Assembly (NCBI GenBank): GCA_027923505.1
Contig: BROI01000005.1
Location: 372,001 to 436,000 of the forward strand
Direction: 5' to 3'
Length of the DNA stretch: 64,000 nucleotides
Source of the DNA: Mayamaea pseudoterrestris
Lineage: Eukaryota
Under the pieces are notes generated by a model. It did no database searches. It was not told where the DNA came from and was given only the letters and a program-made list of their open reading frames with translations. Shown here piece after piece: positions 11,770 through 25,178 of the stretch. The translations under genes were made by a program, and so were the position numbers. Numbering within the stretch: the first letter of the stretch is position 1; each line of letters opens with the position of its first letter.

Positions 11770-12130
11770 ACCCTACATTTGGCTGCTTCCATCACCGCTG
11801 TGCACAGGATTATCGAGACATCCGCCTGTGTTCGTGCAAAGTTCAAAGATTGGCCGCGTATCGATGTAGTTGGCGGCTGCGTTGCGATGACTTCGGAAAA
11901 TGATTGGCATTAAGGTAGCAGCCTGCAATGCCTTTAAACCAGGTGGGGTTCCCCTTGATCCTAAAATTGGGCATGCGATCAGAAAGCAGACGAGCAATCC
12001 GATGATTGAAGCCTTTTAACATCTTCAGCATAAGGAGCCTCGTGTTCTACGATTCCCTGCCGCAAAGTGTACAGATTGAACAATGCCTGGAAAAGCGTTC
12101 CGGATACTCTGGGACTGGCGTTTGCGGATT
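11770..12130 (-). mobile_element. Decayed LINE fragment (region C-terminal to the RT core), opposite orientation to the first fragment
   Basis: 'MLKMLKGFNHRIARLLSDRMP' and 'YIDTRPIFELC' resemble the post-RT region of LINEs; broken by frameshifts. Confidence 0.5.
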
Positions 12131-12431
12131 TTGTCATTACAGCTTTCTAACGTCCCTAGCTAGATTGTTGTGATCAAAGTCAATGTTTGGTTTGGACTAA
12201 CTTGGTTGTAGAAGCTAACCCGCAATTTGTTTTGTAGAAAGAGTTTTGGATGCGAGGTTTTCAGTGGCTTCATTAATAATTATTGAGCAACGTTTTCTTG
12301 TTGTGCCTGAAGAAGAAATTTTGGATGTTTTGGTGATTTAAAAAAAATTATAATTTGTCCTACCGGTACTCATGATCTTTCTTAGTACCGGTACGTGTCT
12401 TCGTTGAATTGCGCCACAATTCTCCACAACG

Positions 12432-12651
12432 CAACAGCTCTGCAGAAGACTAACACAACAAAGTAGGTTATCAGCAGCGACAGAAAGAGAACGCTCTAAT
12501 TTACAACTGATGATCGATCAGTCCAGGTCAAATGGGGAGGTCAACAGCTCTGCAGAAGACTAACACAACAAAGTAGGTTATCAGCAGCGACAGAAAGAGA
12601 ACGCTCTAATTTACAACTGATGATCGATCAGTCCAGGTCAAATGGGGAGGT
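12432..12651 (+). repeat. Exact 110-bp tandem duplication covering the 5' UTR and start codon of the MgtE-type gene
   Basis: 12432-12541 matches 12542-12651 (caacagctctgcagaagac...aatggggaggt). Confidence 0.95.
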
Positions 12652-13835
12652 TTCTGCTGTGCGCACCGATCGTCGGCGCCCATCAGCACCTCAAGTCGGA
12701 GCGTTTGCATTGTCGGACGACAATGGTTTGAAGCAAGAGAATGAGCGTCTTAAACGTGAGTTGGACATTATAAAAACCCAATTTAGTATGCTGCAACAAA
12801 AGCAGCAGCAGGATCGACGGCTGCAGGCATCATCGATATTAGACGCGACATCCCAATCCGCCAGAAACGTCGTCATCGAACAGCCAACTTCCCGACCTGA
12901 TGGAGCCCATCAAGTTTACAATAGTCACGAGAGTGAGCCAGTTGTGAGACGGCGCAAAGATGATCATTTACTACAGCAACAAGCACTTCACCATCGACAC
13001 CATAAATCGCCCAAACCGATGGACTACGATGCAGATTGTGAACATGGCATGGTCGAAGTGGTGGATACCACACAAGGTGCACATCTTCCTACCATGCCAT
13101 TATTGACAAACTCCGCCGTCTCACAGCCATATTCAAATTCACTGGCGGATTCCATGGATCCGACGTACTTTCTTTACCAGGTTCAAGACCGCGCGCAGTG
13201 GTTGGTGGGTCTTTTAGTTCTGCAGTCCATGTCATCCTTTATCATCGCTCGCAACGAAGCGTTGCTGCAAAAGCACTTGGTTCTTGTCCAGTTTCTAACC
13301 ATGCTCGTAGGTGCTGGAGGCAATGCAGGGAATCAAAGCAGCGTCCGCGTCATTCGCGGTCTTGCGACAGGACAAATTACTAGCGCCAACATACGAGGCT
13401 ACCTTCTCGCAGAACTCAAAATGGCTGGTATACTCTGTACGATTCTCGGTACCACTGGCTGCGTTCGCACCTTGCTCTTTCTGGTGCCTCTGCCGGAGAC
13501 AGTTGCCATTACGACGAGCTTGTGCATCATTGTCATGACCTCAATCGTTTTGGGAGCCCTTTTGCCTCTTGGAATGCGCTCAGTCAACATTGATCCAGCT
13601 CATTCCAGCACAACGATTCAAGTTATCATGGACATTTTGGGCGTCACTATCACAGTCGGTGAGTATATCAGAGCGGCAATTCCGTTCCGCAGACTGATGT
13701 TAGTTCCCCTATGTGTGTGAACGTCCTCGATAATGCCATGGTATAACTCACTTGACCAGTTGCTCTTGCTGCGCAGCTGTCGGTACATTCATCCTGGACT
13801 CTCCATTGCGACAATGGTTTGTTTGGCGGCAATAG
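12620..13835 (+). CDS. MgtE/SLC41-family divalent cation (Mg2+) transporter (intron 13659-13776)
   Basis: RAQWLVGLLVLQ, MLVGAGGNAGNQS..VIRGLA and IDPAHSSTTIQVIMDILGV are MgtE membrane-domain motifs; splicing gives a last exon ending in TAG at 13835. Confidence 0.85.
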
Positions 13836-14085
13836 ATGTACATCTTGATGTAAATGACACCTGCCCAGGCATGGTCATGTTACGAAACCGCAGGGCTGGC
13901 CTAAGTTTACAATTTCCTATTTGCACTGAATCATAACAGTAAGCTTAAGGTTTGACGTCGTGACGGCTTTGCTTGTACACACTACGCGTAATCACTACTT
14001 TGTTACAACTTCTACTTCGTCGTCAACAAAAAAAATTCTTTTGGCAATCCTTCTACAGAAAAACGCGCGTCAAAAGACCTCGAGG

Positions 14086-15618
14086 CTACGAACCAAAACT
14101 CTGAAAAAAGTCACCCGAGTTCATCTTTTTTGGTGCCGTCCTATTTGGAGGTGTCTGGCTGCCCGATGACTGGGCCGATGCTGCCGCCGGTGCACTGCTG
14201 CCGACCCCGCCCATTCCTTGACCTCCAAACTTGGCGGCCATGCGCTGACGAGCTTCTTCGCGCAAACGCGTCTGTCGAATAACATATTGCTCGTCGGACT
14301 CGCCTGTCAGACGCTGAATTCCGTTGCGATCCTCTCCGGGCAAACCAGGACACTCTTGAACGGTTCCACCACTAGATCCGGCGCCAACTGATGGAGCGGC
14401 AGAACTGGCAACAGACTTATTACCAAACTGCTGATCCGAACCAAAGCCGCTGTAAACACTTTGCATGGGTTTCTTCTGCGCAAACTCTTGTTGCAACGCT
14501 GAAAGACCATCATCGCCACTTGGTTGCGCCAAAGAGGACGCGACACCAGACGCAGCACTCGTCAGGCTCCCCCAAAAGGAGCCACCAGCTTGCTTGATCG
14601 AGTTGGTGTCGACAACGCTCGTGACACTGCCCATGAGACTAGAAACGCCTCCAATCAAGCTTCCAACACCCATGTCTCCAAAGCCTGCATTTGGATTGTA
14701 GCTTGGATCGCTGCCAACTCCACCCATTCGACCGCCGCTTGATCCAAACTTGGCTGCCATTCTTGCTTTGGCTTCCTCCCGGAGTCGCGTCTGTCTTGCC
14801 ACATAGGCTGATTCGCTCTCTCCAGCCATGCGCTCCATGCCGTTCGGGTCGTTCGACGGAGCCTTTACAACCGGATTGCTCGCTGCTGCACCTACACTGT
14901 TACTGTGACTCCCAAAGCTTGTTTGTCCCGATGGTCGGTAGTTACTTTTTGGCGCTGGTTTCGGTATAGACGTAGGTTCTGGCTTTCCTTCCACTCGCGC
15001 TTTGAGAACAGCCTTGTACAATTGAGCCGCATCAGACTCGTACTTCTGCTTAATGGGATCCCTAGCATTAATGCCGCGCTGCTTGAGAAAGTCGTTGCAC
15101 TTTTGATTGCCTCCCGTCTTCATTTGAGAAAGCTGTTCCGGCGTCCAGGAGTCCATGGCAATGGATCGGACAAAGGAAATATGGACACCAAGAGAGCTGT
15201 TGCAATGAGATTTGACAGTAATAAATGTTAGTAGTTGCGCAAAGGAGCAGATGGATGATGAATTTGTATGAAGGTTGTTACAGACCGAGTAGTAACCATT
15301 CAAGCATCGTTATATCTTTCTTGTCGTGCATCTAGCTCAACATAAAACGAGCACTCCCCCCGTTGTAACAGTACTAAACAAAATCGGCATTTTTAACAAA
15401 TCGGTCACAAGACTCGAGTACAAGCGGCACAATCAGTCTCTGAACTTTCAATGCATGCCTAAATACACTTACCGATGAACTCCCGAGCACTCTAAACAAA
15501 AGATATTTCCAAAGGAAACACTAGCCCACTGTGGATTCTTCATGCCACAGTCACAGCACTGATCGTTGCCAGGAAGTGCCTTGACGACCGACTGGTCGCC
15601 GGCGGTCATTTGAACCAT
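14086..15618 (-). CDS. ADP-ribosylation factor GTPase-activating protein (ArfGAP1-like; intron 15197-15472)
   Basis: CCDC..NPQWAS...CLECSGVHR spliced in frame to SLGVHISFVRSIAMDSW...GGN. Confidence 0.92.
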
Positions 15619-16064
15619 AGTCAAATTGCTTTCCTTGTTGTTATTCTGCAACTAGACAATGCGATCTGCAATGCACGCCGTCTAAGTAGAAGGCGAGTCC
15701 TTTACAAAAGAATATGCAGTCGGTCATGCAAAAGCTTCTTTGTCATGGTCGAAGCTCAACGCACTCTGGTCGGGTCATGGGTTTTCACATTCGGAATACT
15801 CTCAAGTGTTTTTATCATGTCATCGCATGATTGTTTTCTTCACTTCCAGGCATCCACAAACGCTAGAGAGTGTTCGGTCATCCTTTATAATGTCGGAGCG
15901 GTTTTCATTTGAGTCTTGCCGCGCTGGGAACATTCGCAACCAAGCAAAAAGCACCTTCGAGTCCACCATCCGAATCGCCGACGGTAATCAATCCAAGTCG
16001 AAGTGCTGCCCAAACCAGACCAGGCAGTCAAAAGTATAGTTGTTGACGGAGTTAGACAATCAAG

Positions 16065-17962
16065 ATGTGCGGAATCATTGGAGTCCTTTTGGCCGACAAG
16101 GATCAGTTTGTAAGTAAAGTTGACCGCCCCTCGAGCTGTCAATCGGGCTCTGCCGACAACTTATTTTTACCAAAGGTTTAGTTACTTACATGTCAATCCA
16201 TCTAAATTATTCAGGTAAATCAATTGCTGTACGATGGACTGACTGTTTTGCAGCACCGCGGTCAAGATGCTGCTGGTATTGTCACAACCACCAAGGACTT
16301 GCGATTGCACCTTCGCAAGGATAACGGACTCGTTCGCGACGTTTTTCAGCAGCACCACATGCTTCAGCTTTACGGAAATTGCGGTCTCGGTCACGTTCGA
16401 TACCCTACCGCCGGAAACACGTCGGTGGTTGGCGAAGCGCAGCCGCTGTACACAAACTATCCATACGGCATTTGCGTTGTACATAATGGAAACCTTGTCA
16501 ACACGGAGGAACTGACGGCGCACTTGCGTGACGATATTGGAAGACATGTCAATACTGACAGCGACAGCGAGCTGCTGTTGAACTTGTTTGCCGAAGGCAT
16601 GACCAAGGAGCACCGAAGTTCGGACCAGGCAAGCATGGCAGACCAGATTTTCAAGGCCATGACAACGGTCATGGAACAGTGCAAGGGCGGGTATGCGGGT
16701 GTATACTTGATCAATGGCATGGGGCTGGTTGGGTTTAGAGACCCTCATGGTATTCGTCCGCTCGTGTTTGGATGTAGAGCAACCAAAGCCACGGAAATGA
16801 ATGGAGGCAGTCATGCGGCTAGGCCGACTAGTCCCCGGCAGATGGAGGATGAAGTGTATGACCATGTCTTTGCCAGCGAATCGGTTGCCATTGATACGCT
16901 TGGTTTTAACCTGGTCCGGTAAGTCACTTTTTGCCGTACGTCTTTATTAAAAATCGAGTCCAGAACTCACGCTAACACTTTTTTTTATCGCTTCACATTA
17001 TCAGCGACGTGAAGGCGGGAGAAGTCATTTTCGTTGACATGGAGGGGCATGTCCACTGCAAAACTGTTTCGCCAGTCGCAAAGCTCAATCCATGCATCTT
17101 TGAGTATGTTTACTTTGCGCGTCCTGACTCGATCATGGACGGAGTGTCTGTGTATCAAGCGCGCCTGAATATGGGGGGCAAGCTTGCGAAGAAGATTCTG
17201 AAAAAGTTTCCCGACCACGACATTGACGTTGTGATTCCCATTCCAGACACCAGTCGCACATCGGCTCTCCAAGCAGCCTACGTTTTGGACAGGCCCTTTC
17301 GAGAAGGCTTTATTAAGAACAGATACATTGCACGAACGTTTATCATGCCCGGCCAAGCCACGAGGCGCAAATCGGTGAGGCTCAAGTTGAATACGATCAA
17401 GAGCGAATTCGCGGGCAAAAACGTTTTGCTTGTTGACGATTCAATCGTTCGAGGAACGACGGCGAACGAGATTGTACAAATGGCTCGTGATGCTGGCGCG
17501 AGAAAGGTTTACTTTACGTCTGCCGCACCGCCTATTCGGTATCCGAATATTTATGGCATCGACATTCCCACTCAGAAAGAGTTGGTGGCCTTTGAACGAG
17601 ACGTCGAACAAGTCGCGGAAGAAATTGGAAGTGATTGGGTAGTCTACCAAGACTTGAATGATCTGGAAGATGCCGTCACGGAGGCAGCCACGTTTCCCAT
17701 CGAAAAGTACGAGGCGAGTTGTTTCAGCGGAGAATATGTAACGGGTGAGAAGATTGGCGACGGATACTTTACCAAGCTTTTTGCATCGCGTAACGATGCG
17801 GCGAAGTTGAATGCACTTCTCGATAAAAGTGAAACAAAGCAGCAGCGACAAGGGGGAAGTGGATGCGAATCTGTTAACAACGACAAACGAATTATTCCTC
17901 GCGGCGATGCACGATCGTGTGAGACGCTGACCAACAACACCAATGCAGGAGAAGTGCATTGA
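16065..17962 (+). CDS. purF: Amidophosphoribosyltransferase (introns 16110-16214 and 16919-17004)
   Basis: N-terminal MCGIIG (catalytic Cys), LQHRGQDAAGI, GHVRYPTAG, HNGNL, CIFEYVYFARPDS and VLLVDDSIVRGTT; both introns splice in frame. Confidence 0.95.
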
Positions 17963-18268
17963 TGTTTATCTACGAGTACACCGCAAATATAGATTCATCA
18001 AAGGTTTGTCAGGAGTATAAATTACTTCTGTTTGTGCTTTTCGCTGAGGAGTGATTGCCTTAGGGAAAATGACATTTAAACTACACGATAACTAGATTAG
18101 ACGTGACTTTACTTTCTAGAGCATCAGTGCTAACGCTAATTACGGTATAGCAGCCAAGGTTGATTATTGGCTCATACTGCTCAGTCCACCAGAAAGTGCG
18201 AGCAAATTCGTCGTCTGCGTCCAACAAAAGCGATGCAATTCGATGTCAAGTGACGACGTCGCGAGGCC

Positions 18269-21200
18269 TTACTTACGAGCCATTGCTTGCTCCTCGCATT
18301 TGCCCGTACTGACTAAAAACCAACGAAACTGGTCCGTGAATAGCACAGGAGCTGGGTCAATCAAACTCAGCGCCACTGCCTCGTCCTCTGTTACGTCTCG
18401 CATGATCGTCGAGAACTTATCGAGACCAGAGCGTTTTTCGTCCTGCGTACGCTGGTTAACGGCCATCATCATAAATAAGCTGAGAAAGATGATCAGCACG
18501 CCAGCAGCGACAAGGACAAATGATCCAGACTCTATGGCAGCTTGCACTCGAAAACATTTAGCGTCTTCCGGTTTGATAAAGTTGAACGAGGCGAGCTCTG
18601 ATAGCGTGCCGCCTATGCTTCCCCCGCAATAGTCATCGAGAAGCAACTCGCTTACATCGCCAATTTGCCAAGCACCAACAATAAGCGACAGGACGAAAAC
18701 CTCAATGTATTGCCATGCTTGTAAAATTTCGACAGTGGAACGAAGGCGTCGTCGTGTTGTAAGAGAATGTGTTTTAAACCACTCAACCAGCAAAACCGCC
18801 ATGAGGGTTAGTGGGACAAATAATGTGGATAAAAGCAGGAGCAAGGACACTGAGAGCATGCCTACGGTGTCCTTGGCTGTGTCAAGAAATTGAGCCTGCT
18901 GCATCATGAGCTGGATCAAAGAGAAAACACTTATGTACTCTTTTGCTGGCATAAAATCCTGTCCGCTTTCAACGGCTACCCCAACAATGCCCTGGTAGTC
19001 AAAGCTGACTGATGGTAGACTGCAGCCCACAATCACCAGAATGGAGGTTGCAAGTGAGACACAGACAATTCCAATATTCACGCCTCGTCTTACAACAAGC
19101 TTTTCCAACTCGCCACGATGCGGCCGTGTGAACTGATGCTGAGAAAGAGGGTAGTCGTCGTAGCTGTGGCTGTGTCCTTCAGCAGAATCTGATGATGTGG
19201 AATGAGTTGGCGATATCATCACCTTCCCGAAACGAGCGGCATCGTTTTCTTTTTCCGTGCCGTCATGCAAGTACCCAGCCTCACATTCGACGGCCGGTCC
19301 TTTCCATGCTAACTCGTTCTGCTTCCTTCGCTCACACTCGACGTGTTTCTGTGCGTTGAAGACAGCGAGACGATGATAGCCGATGATGAAATGGCTGGTT
19401 AATTGCGAAACAATCTGTGCAAGCATGTTGGCGTAGAGCCCCCACACAGGGACTACCATTATATCGATTTGATACAGCGCGTCCGGCACAAATGACAGAT
19501 CTGGGCTCGTTATTTGAACTCGGAATGCCGCCAAGCAAACAACTGAAGAAGAATCAAGTGTTAGACGATGCTTTAACAAGGTACCCACGACAGCACTCAC
19601 CCTACTTACTCATCACAAATACGTCCACCATCGACCATTTCGCAAGAAAATCAAGAACCAACAAGATCGATCCGCGTCTTTTTGTGGAAAGCAATTTTGG
19701 CGGAAGAAACCAGAGAATGATTGTAATTAACTGTTTTGCATACGGCCACACACCAGAAACGATCAGCATTAGCATTGCTAGCGGTTTGTAGCCAGCATTC
19801 CAAAGCTCAATACCAGATTGGGCAATCGAGAAAGTGTAGAAATCGGTAAAGGCAATCTTCTGGCCGCCAACGTCGATGTGAAGCTCAACAGTACCACCTT
19901 TTGACAGGTGACCCGTCAGGAAAAGAGCTATGTTGCCAAGCAAGGCAACAGGCGCGAACCATCGAATGATGGCAGGTATCTCGAAGCTCCGGAATAGCGA
20001 TCGACTGCCGTTGTTCACTGCAGCTTCATCTTCTTTTTCCCGCGTCTGGTTTTCATAGACAACCAAAATTTGTTCCTTGGAAAGCGACGACAGCCAACTC
20101 CTATGTCGCTTCCTTACGCACGTCCGCACAGATAAATAAAGAAGCGGAAGTATAATCGCTATGACAATCATTGTCGCAAGAAGGGCAATCATATACTCCA
20201 AGTTAGAATTGTCTTGTGGAATTGCAGCAGAACTGTAAATTGTTTTTGTAGCATTTAAATCATACTCGGGACTGTGTGGACAGAACCTTGCCGCGTCGAC
20301 GACAAGTCGATCGAGCGTGGTCTGAAGAAAGGAAGCCCGACCGGACATTTTCTTAACAAGCGTGTTGACAACATTGGTCGCTGACCTGACCACGTCCGCA
20401 TGCAAAGTGGCGGACGATATCATTGCAGCAAACTCTTCCATTTTGGTGCTTGAGCAATTCGTGCAATCCACTGTGAAGTTCATGGACGCAATTGATACGG
20501 CTAAGTCAGGCAAAGAAAGGGTTACGTCGCTGTCCTGTTGCCGCAAGCCAAATTCGTCTAAAGTCGGAGATGGGATGCTTGCCAGCCAGCAATCCCAGAC
20601 AAATAGATCCTGCAATGGGAACGTCATAATGGCCTGCTCTGATAATTTCATCAACATTTCAACAAAAGCAGTGGCGCCTTGAAGCCCGACGGACACGCTA
20701 ACATCGTTGTGAATGTGCTCATCATCCATTTCAATGTCGATGAGAACCTTGCCTTGTAAAAGGAGGGCTTCAGTAACTCCCAAAGTGATAGTATTGTTGA
20801 GCAAATTGGCTTCATTCCGCACCGGATCCAAAAGTACGAGAGGAAGCCCAATGCTATCAAGGTGGTCAATTCCGACGTCACGAACATTTAATGCAAGTGA
20901 CGCCGATTCCTCACCAACATCAATGGTACCAGCAAAGCTAACAATATCCTTCATCACTATTGATCCAGCCGTACCAGACTGCTTTTTCGTCATTGGTACG
21001 ATGAACATCTCCGCCAAGCCAGTACGACCGGTTTCATTGTTGACCCGTAAAAGTTGGTCGTCGACAAACTGCTTGACTATGACAGCCAGTTCGCCATAAG
21101 GCGATGCTCCCGATGCGCCGTATTCCTTGGCTTTTAATGGCGATAATAACAAGTCTCGAAAATCAACAAACTTTCCAGGCTCCATCGGAGTCGCTGACAA

Positions 21201-22841
21201 ACATGTGTTCTTGCTCGTATCAAGCAAGCCGCTCAAAGCTTTATCCAACATGTCGACGACAGTCGATTCCACCAAATTAGGCAAGCTTTCGGATAAGAGT
21301 GGGTTGTAAGCCGCAAATATAGCTTCCAGCCCCTCTGACATTATTCGTTGCAAGCCTGGCGATGTAAACCCAGTAATCGTGGGCGCTTCAACAGTCATGG
21401 TCGAAATGTCAAGCCCAGTGCCTTTCAATCGATAGATAGACGTCATCATGCACGGAAGAATATTTGCCATGTCCATGAATGCTCCAAGAGGAAGCTGGCC
21501 AAGAGTATTCATATCAATACCCAAAAGCAGCGCCGTCGACAAGGATATATCGCTGAGCGAAATGTCCATTACAAACGTCTCCGACAAGCTCTTGTCATCA
21601 GTTTTTACTTCCAGTTCAGCGTCCAGTTGGATTGCAATTCGATCCATTGTCATGGACGATTCGAGTGTATGTTTGCCAATTGGTCGAAGAGGATCAATCT
21701 TGGTAAAGGAATCCAACCCTTTAATTCTAGCCGATGTAAATATCAGCGTATAGTCGCCAAGGTCATTTGTATTGTCGAACAGTGTCAGCCCTTGGCTCGC
21801 GCCGTCGCCATTGCTCCCAAACAATGCGGTTAAATCCACCGAAATGCTTCCATTTTCATCCAGCAAAGAATCTTGAAGCAAGCGATTCAGGTTCAATTCG
21901 CCGTCGTTCGTCGGTGCGCTCAAGTAGGCACTGACTTGATCAATGAGCGTTTGAATAATTTGCGGATCAATCGTGGTGCTCGCTTGCGGATTCTGCAAGT
22001 CGAGCAAGTTTACACTCCTTGGCACCTTCATATTTGACTCAACCAAGAGCGGTTGGTAGGCTGTTGCGTTTGCCTCCAGCATGTTTGTAAACTGCGACAG
22101 TCCAGATTGCAACGGAGCCTGGAATTGACCGAGAAAGCTGCACAAGTATGCCTGCATCTTATCCGCCACAGTCGTCCGGACCAGTCCTTCCACGGTGTTT
22201 AGTGCTGATCCAAGTAGTCCAAGTCCGTCGCCATCAAACTGCATATCTTCAATCTGAATGTTGGCGCGACAGGACGTCATGTTAACATTGATCAATGGCG
22301 GCTGCTTCGCTGCGTTTGTAACGATATCCGTGTTTGTCACAATCGTATTATTCGCCGTTATCAAATTTAATCCGCCGCCGCCACTGAAGAACAAGTAGCT
22401 GTACGTGTATGCCATGCTGCAGTCCAAGTCAACCTGCTTGAGTGTCACATTATTGGAAAGAAGAATCGTGTCGACCGCCGCAATAGTTTGCTCCTGCTCC
22501 CAGTCAATCGTCACATCACCCAGTTGCAGCTGACTGCAGGTAATATTGTCAAGTGTAATGGTAAGAGTCGATCCACCAAGCGTTTCTGTAATAGTGGGTG
22601 ACTCGTCAATATCGAGTTGGACCGATTGAAGGACCGTGTTCAATGAGGAAAAGTCCCCAAAGGCGAGAGCGCGTTGCAGAATGGAGAGCGATGGATGAAA
22701 ACTTTCTTCTTCGTGCGTTTCATGGTTGAGCATAGGGTTTATCGGCAAAGATGATGTAGCAATGACTGTCCGAGTGGACGAAAAGACGAGTGCAACCACT
22801 GCCACGAATTTGTTTGTCATGGCAGGCATATTTTTGTGCAT
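18269..22841 (-). CDS. ~1500-aa membrane protein with a large extracellular region and two PqiA (paraquat-inducible A)-like membrane domains (intron 19543-19609)
   Basis: Signal peptide; 'SGVWPYAK...LAKWSMVDVFV' and 'LQAWQYIEVFVL' PqiA-like motifs; a 67-bp GT-AG intron joins the two ORFs in frame. Confidence 0.7.
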
Positions 22842-23390
22842 AAAGGTGCGCCTTGCCTTGCTGAGTGATGAGTGTTGAGACTTGCGATAGAAGCTGTTGC
22901 TAACGAGTACAATAGTAAAATGGCTTTCTCTCTACCGGTAATTTGCACTATATATCAAATTGATTAGAAACAGATGGGTAATCCCGTTCACCTTGACGCA
23001 ATTTGTCCTAACTACAAGCACATGTGCAACCCGCGAGTTGCCGACGGAAAATTGCGCACGCCAGCAGACCCGTTCGACGAAGCAAGATTCGGCGACCCAC
23101 GAGTACTTTCAAGGATACAGTTGCGTCATTTGACGGTTAAGTTAATTAACGAAACGTGTTTCAAAGCAAGAAGGAACTCGTTCACAGCTTCCGAACAATT
23201 CGCGCACTTTACATCGTACTGGTACTCAAAAAGTATCTTACGCGCGCCGGCCAAGTGGAATGATGATCGCGCCGCCATGATGAGAAACGGATTTGCAGAT
23301 TCATATAATCGCTTTTGCAGGAGCCGCCACTTCCTTTTACAAGAACACCTGGTATTATTCAAGCAAAGAGCTTGACAGAAGGGCAGATAT

Positions 23391-25178
23391 TTGAACAAGA
23401 GCAAGAAATTGCGAACCTTTGAAGTACGGAATAGCATTCGCAAGCAGCAGGTCAACATGGCGGACAGCACTAGAAGCGCGTCGCTGGACGAAAATATTGC
23501 GGCAAACTCCATCGCGGCGCCTCCGCCTCGCAAGAAAGGATTGGTAGCTTTCAGCGATGATGCATCATCTGCAAATATTAATTATACGGCTGCGGCGGGA
23601 GCAAGTTCCCGGAAGCTTCGGACACATGCACCATCCTCATCCGCCAATGCCAGCGCCACCACTGATGACACGAATATTTGCTCGACTATCAGCAATGCGT
23701 CCATACCGAGTCCTACGCAGCGAGATTGCATCAAAATGAGTTTGGAGAGTCGCGGCGCTCCTTCGAATACGCTCTACGACGAGTCCAAGTACAATGACGC
23801 CATGAGCATGCGCCGCCGACGGCGCTCCATCAACTTGCGATCATTGTCGACACTGCAGCAGCAGCCTATCATTCAATCGCGACCGAGCGCAAGCTCGGAA
23901 ATCTCCCAAGAAAAGACGCTTGGTGCTCAAACGGGTGTGCTTTCAGCTTTTCGCGCCTCATCCGCTGCGCGACGCATTCCACGACTGCCAGAGGTTGGCG
24001 CAAGTACATCAACGACGCAACTACCACACGAGCATCATGGTTCTACTAAGAAAACCGCAACGATTGAGTTGGCGCTGTCAAATACATTGCTTGAGCCAAA
24101 ATTGATATACGACAAAGTCGCAATGGAGGCTGATAACACCGACGCCGACATTGAGAATGATCGGCATTCACAATCCGACTACCCTGTGCAAGATTCGTCG
24201 CGGAGCAAAAGCCAACCGACCATTATAAGTTCCGTGCACATCGACTACTCGGATGACGCCACGAGTTCGCATGGTATAAAGTCCATTACACTTCCTAGTA
24301 TTCTAACGCCCGACATGATGCTCATGCCGACGGAGGTGCGACGTGTATGTGCGAGTCTTTTCCCCGCAGCATCGAAAAAACCTCGTGCATCTGCCTTGGT
24401 GAGAGTCTTGGACAGCATGCTTGATCTCCCATATACGGTACCTACACCGGAAACAGTATGCCTCGCGGAGGAGCTTCTAGTTGTTATGGGTATGTCGACA
24501 ACGTTTGCCTTCAAATTAAGTGTCATGCATGAGTTGAATGCCCTGTCTCGCTTGCGCTTTTTGTATAAGGTATATCAACCCATGACATATCAGCCTACAT
24601 CGCGACCTCAAGCCGGTCAGACGCAACGAGAAACATGTGGTCTTATACGCGACTATCGGGGAAATGAGTCGGTATCGGTCCCGGTTCTCCAAACGGCTCG
24701 GCGCGGACCTGCTTATCGCCGTTCATTTCTCCGTCAGTCTCGGGCCAGTTCTACTATTCAAACTGCAATCGAAGGAGTAAAGCTACATGACGAAGTAATT
24801 GGCGATGATACGGGGCTTGGAATTCTTGAAAGCGACTCGGATATTGCTACTATCGGTTCGGTTGCTGATCCAAAAGAATCTTTGATTTTGCCATCCCCTG
24901 CTAGAGCTGTTGGCCAGGGAAAAGTGAATCGCGTTGCCATTTGTGAGACTGTTTTGCGACTGGGCAAGAGACTGGGAATCATCATTTTTCGGCGTCGTAC
25001 GGCCAAAAAATTTGCTCGCGAGGCTGACTCCAAGATGCCATCAACTTCATTATCAGCAACAAGCGCTACCGATGGATCATTCTTCACATCCAGCGCAGTG
25101 GCGCTCCCTGTTAGCGCTGCATTTGAATGTATACCTGAAGTTTTGGCGACTCAATCGGATGATGCAAGCAAATGTTAG
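23391..25178 (+). CDS. Hypothetical protein, largely disordered (likely start ATG at 23457)
   Basis: 595-aa ORF with no recognised motif. Confidence 0.55.
   Translation: MNKSKKLRTFEVRNSIRKQQVNMADSTRSASLDENIAANSIAAPPPRKKGLVAFSDDASSANINYTAAAGASSRKLRTHAPSSSANASATTDDTNICSTISNASIPSPTQRDCIKMSLESRGAPSNTLYDESKYNDAMSMRRRRRSINLRSLSTLQQQPIIQSRPSASSEISQEKTLGAQTGVLSAFRASSAARRIPRLPEVGASTSTTQLPHEHHGSTKKTATIELALSNTLLEPKLIYDKVAMEADNTDADIENDRHSQSDYPVQDSSRSKSQPTIISSVHIDYSDDATSSHGIKSITLPSILTPDMMLMPTEVRRVCASLFPAASKKPRASALVRVLDSMLDLPYTVPTPETVCLAEELLVVMGMSTTFAFKLSVMHELNALSRLRFLYKVYQPMTYQPTSRPQAGQTQRETCGLIRDYRGNESVSVPVLQTARRGPAYRRSFLRQSRASSTIQTAIEGVKLHDEVIGDDTGLGILESDSDIATIGSVADPKESLILPSPARAVGQGKVNRVAICETVLRLGKRLGIIIFRRRTAKKFAREADSKMPSTSLSATSATDGSFFTSSAVALPVSAAFECIPEVLATQSDDASKC

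Noticed and set aside
15197..15303. N-terminal extension of ORF 14086-15303 (likewise 25659-25755 and 19543-19600)
   Set aside because: These are intron sequences read through by the ORF finder; the spliced models restore conserved motifs
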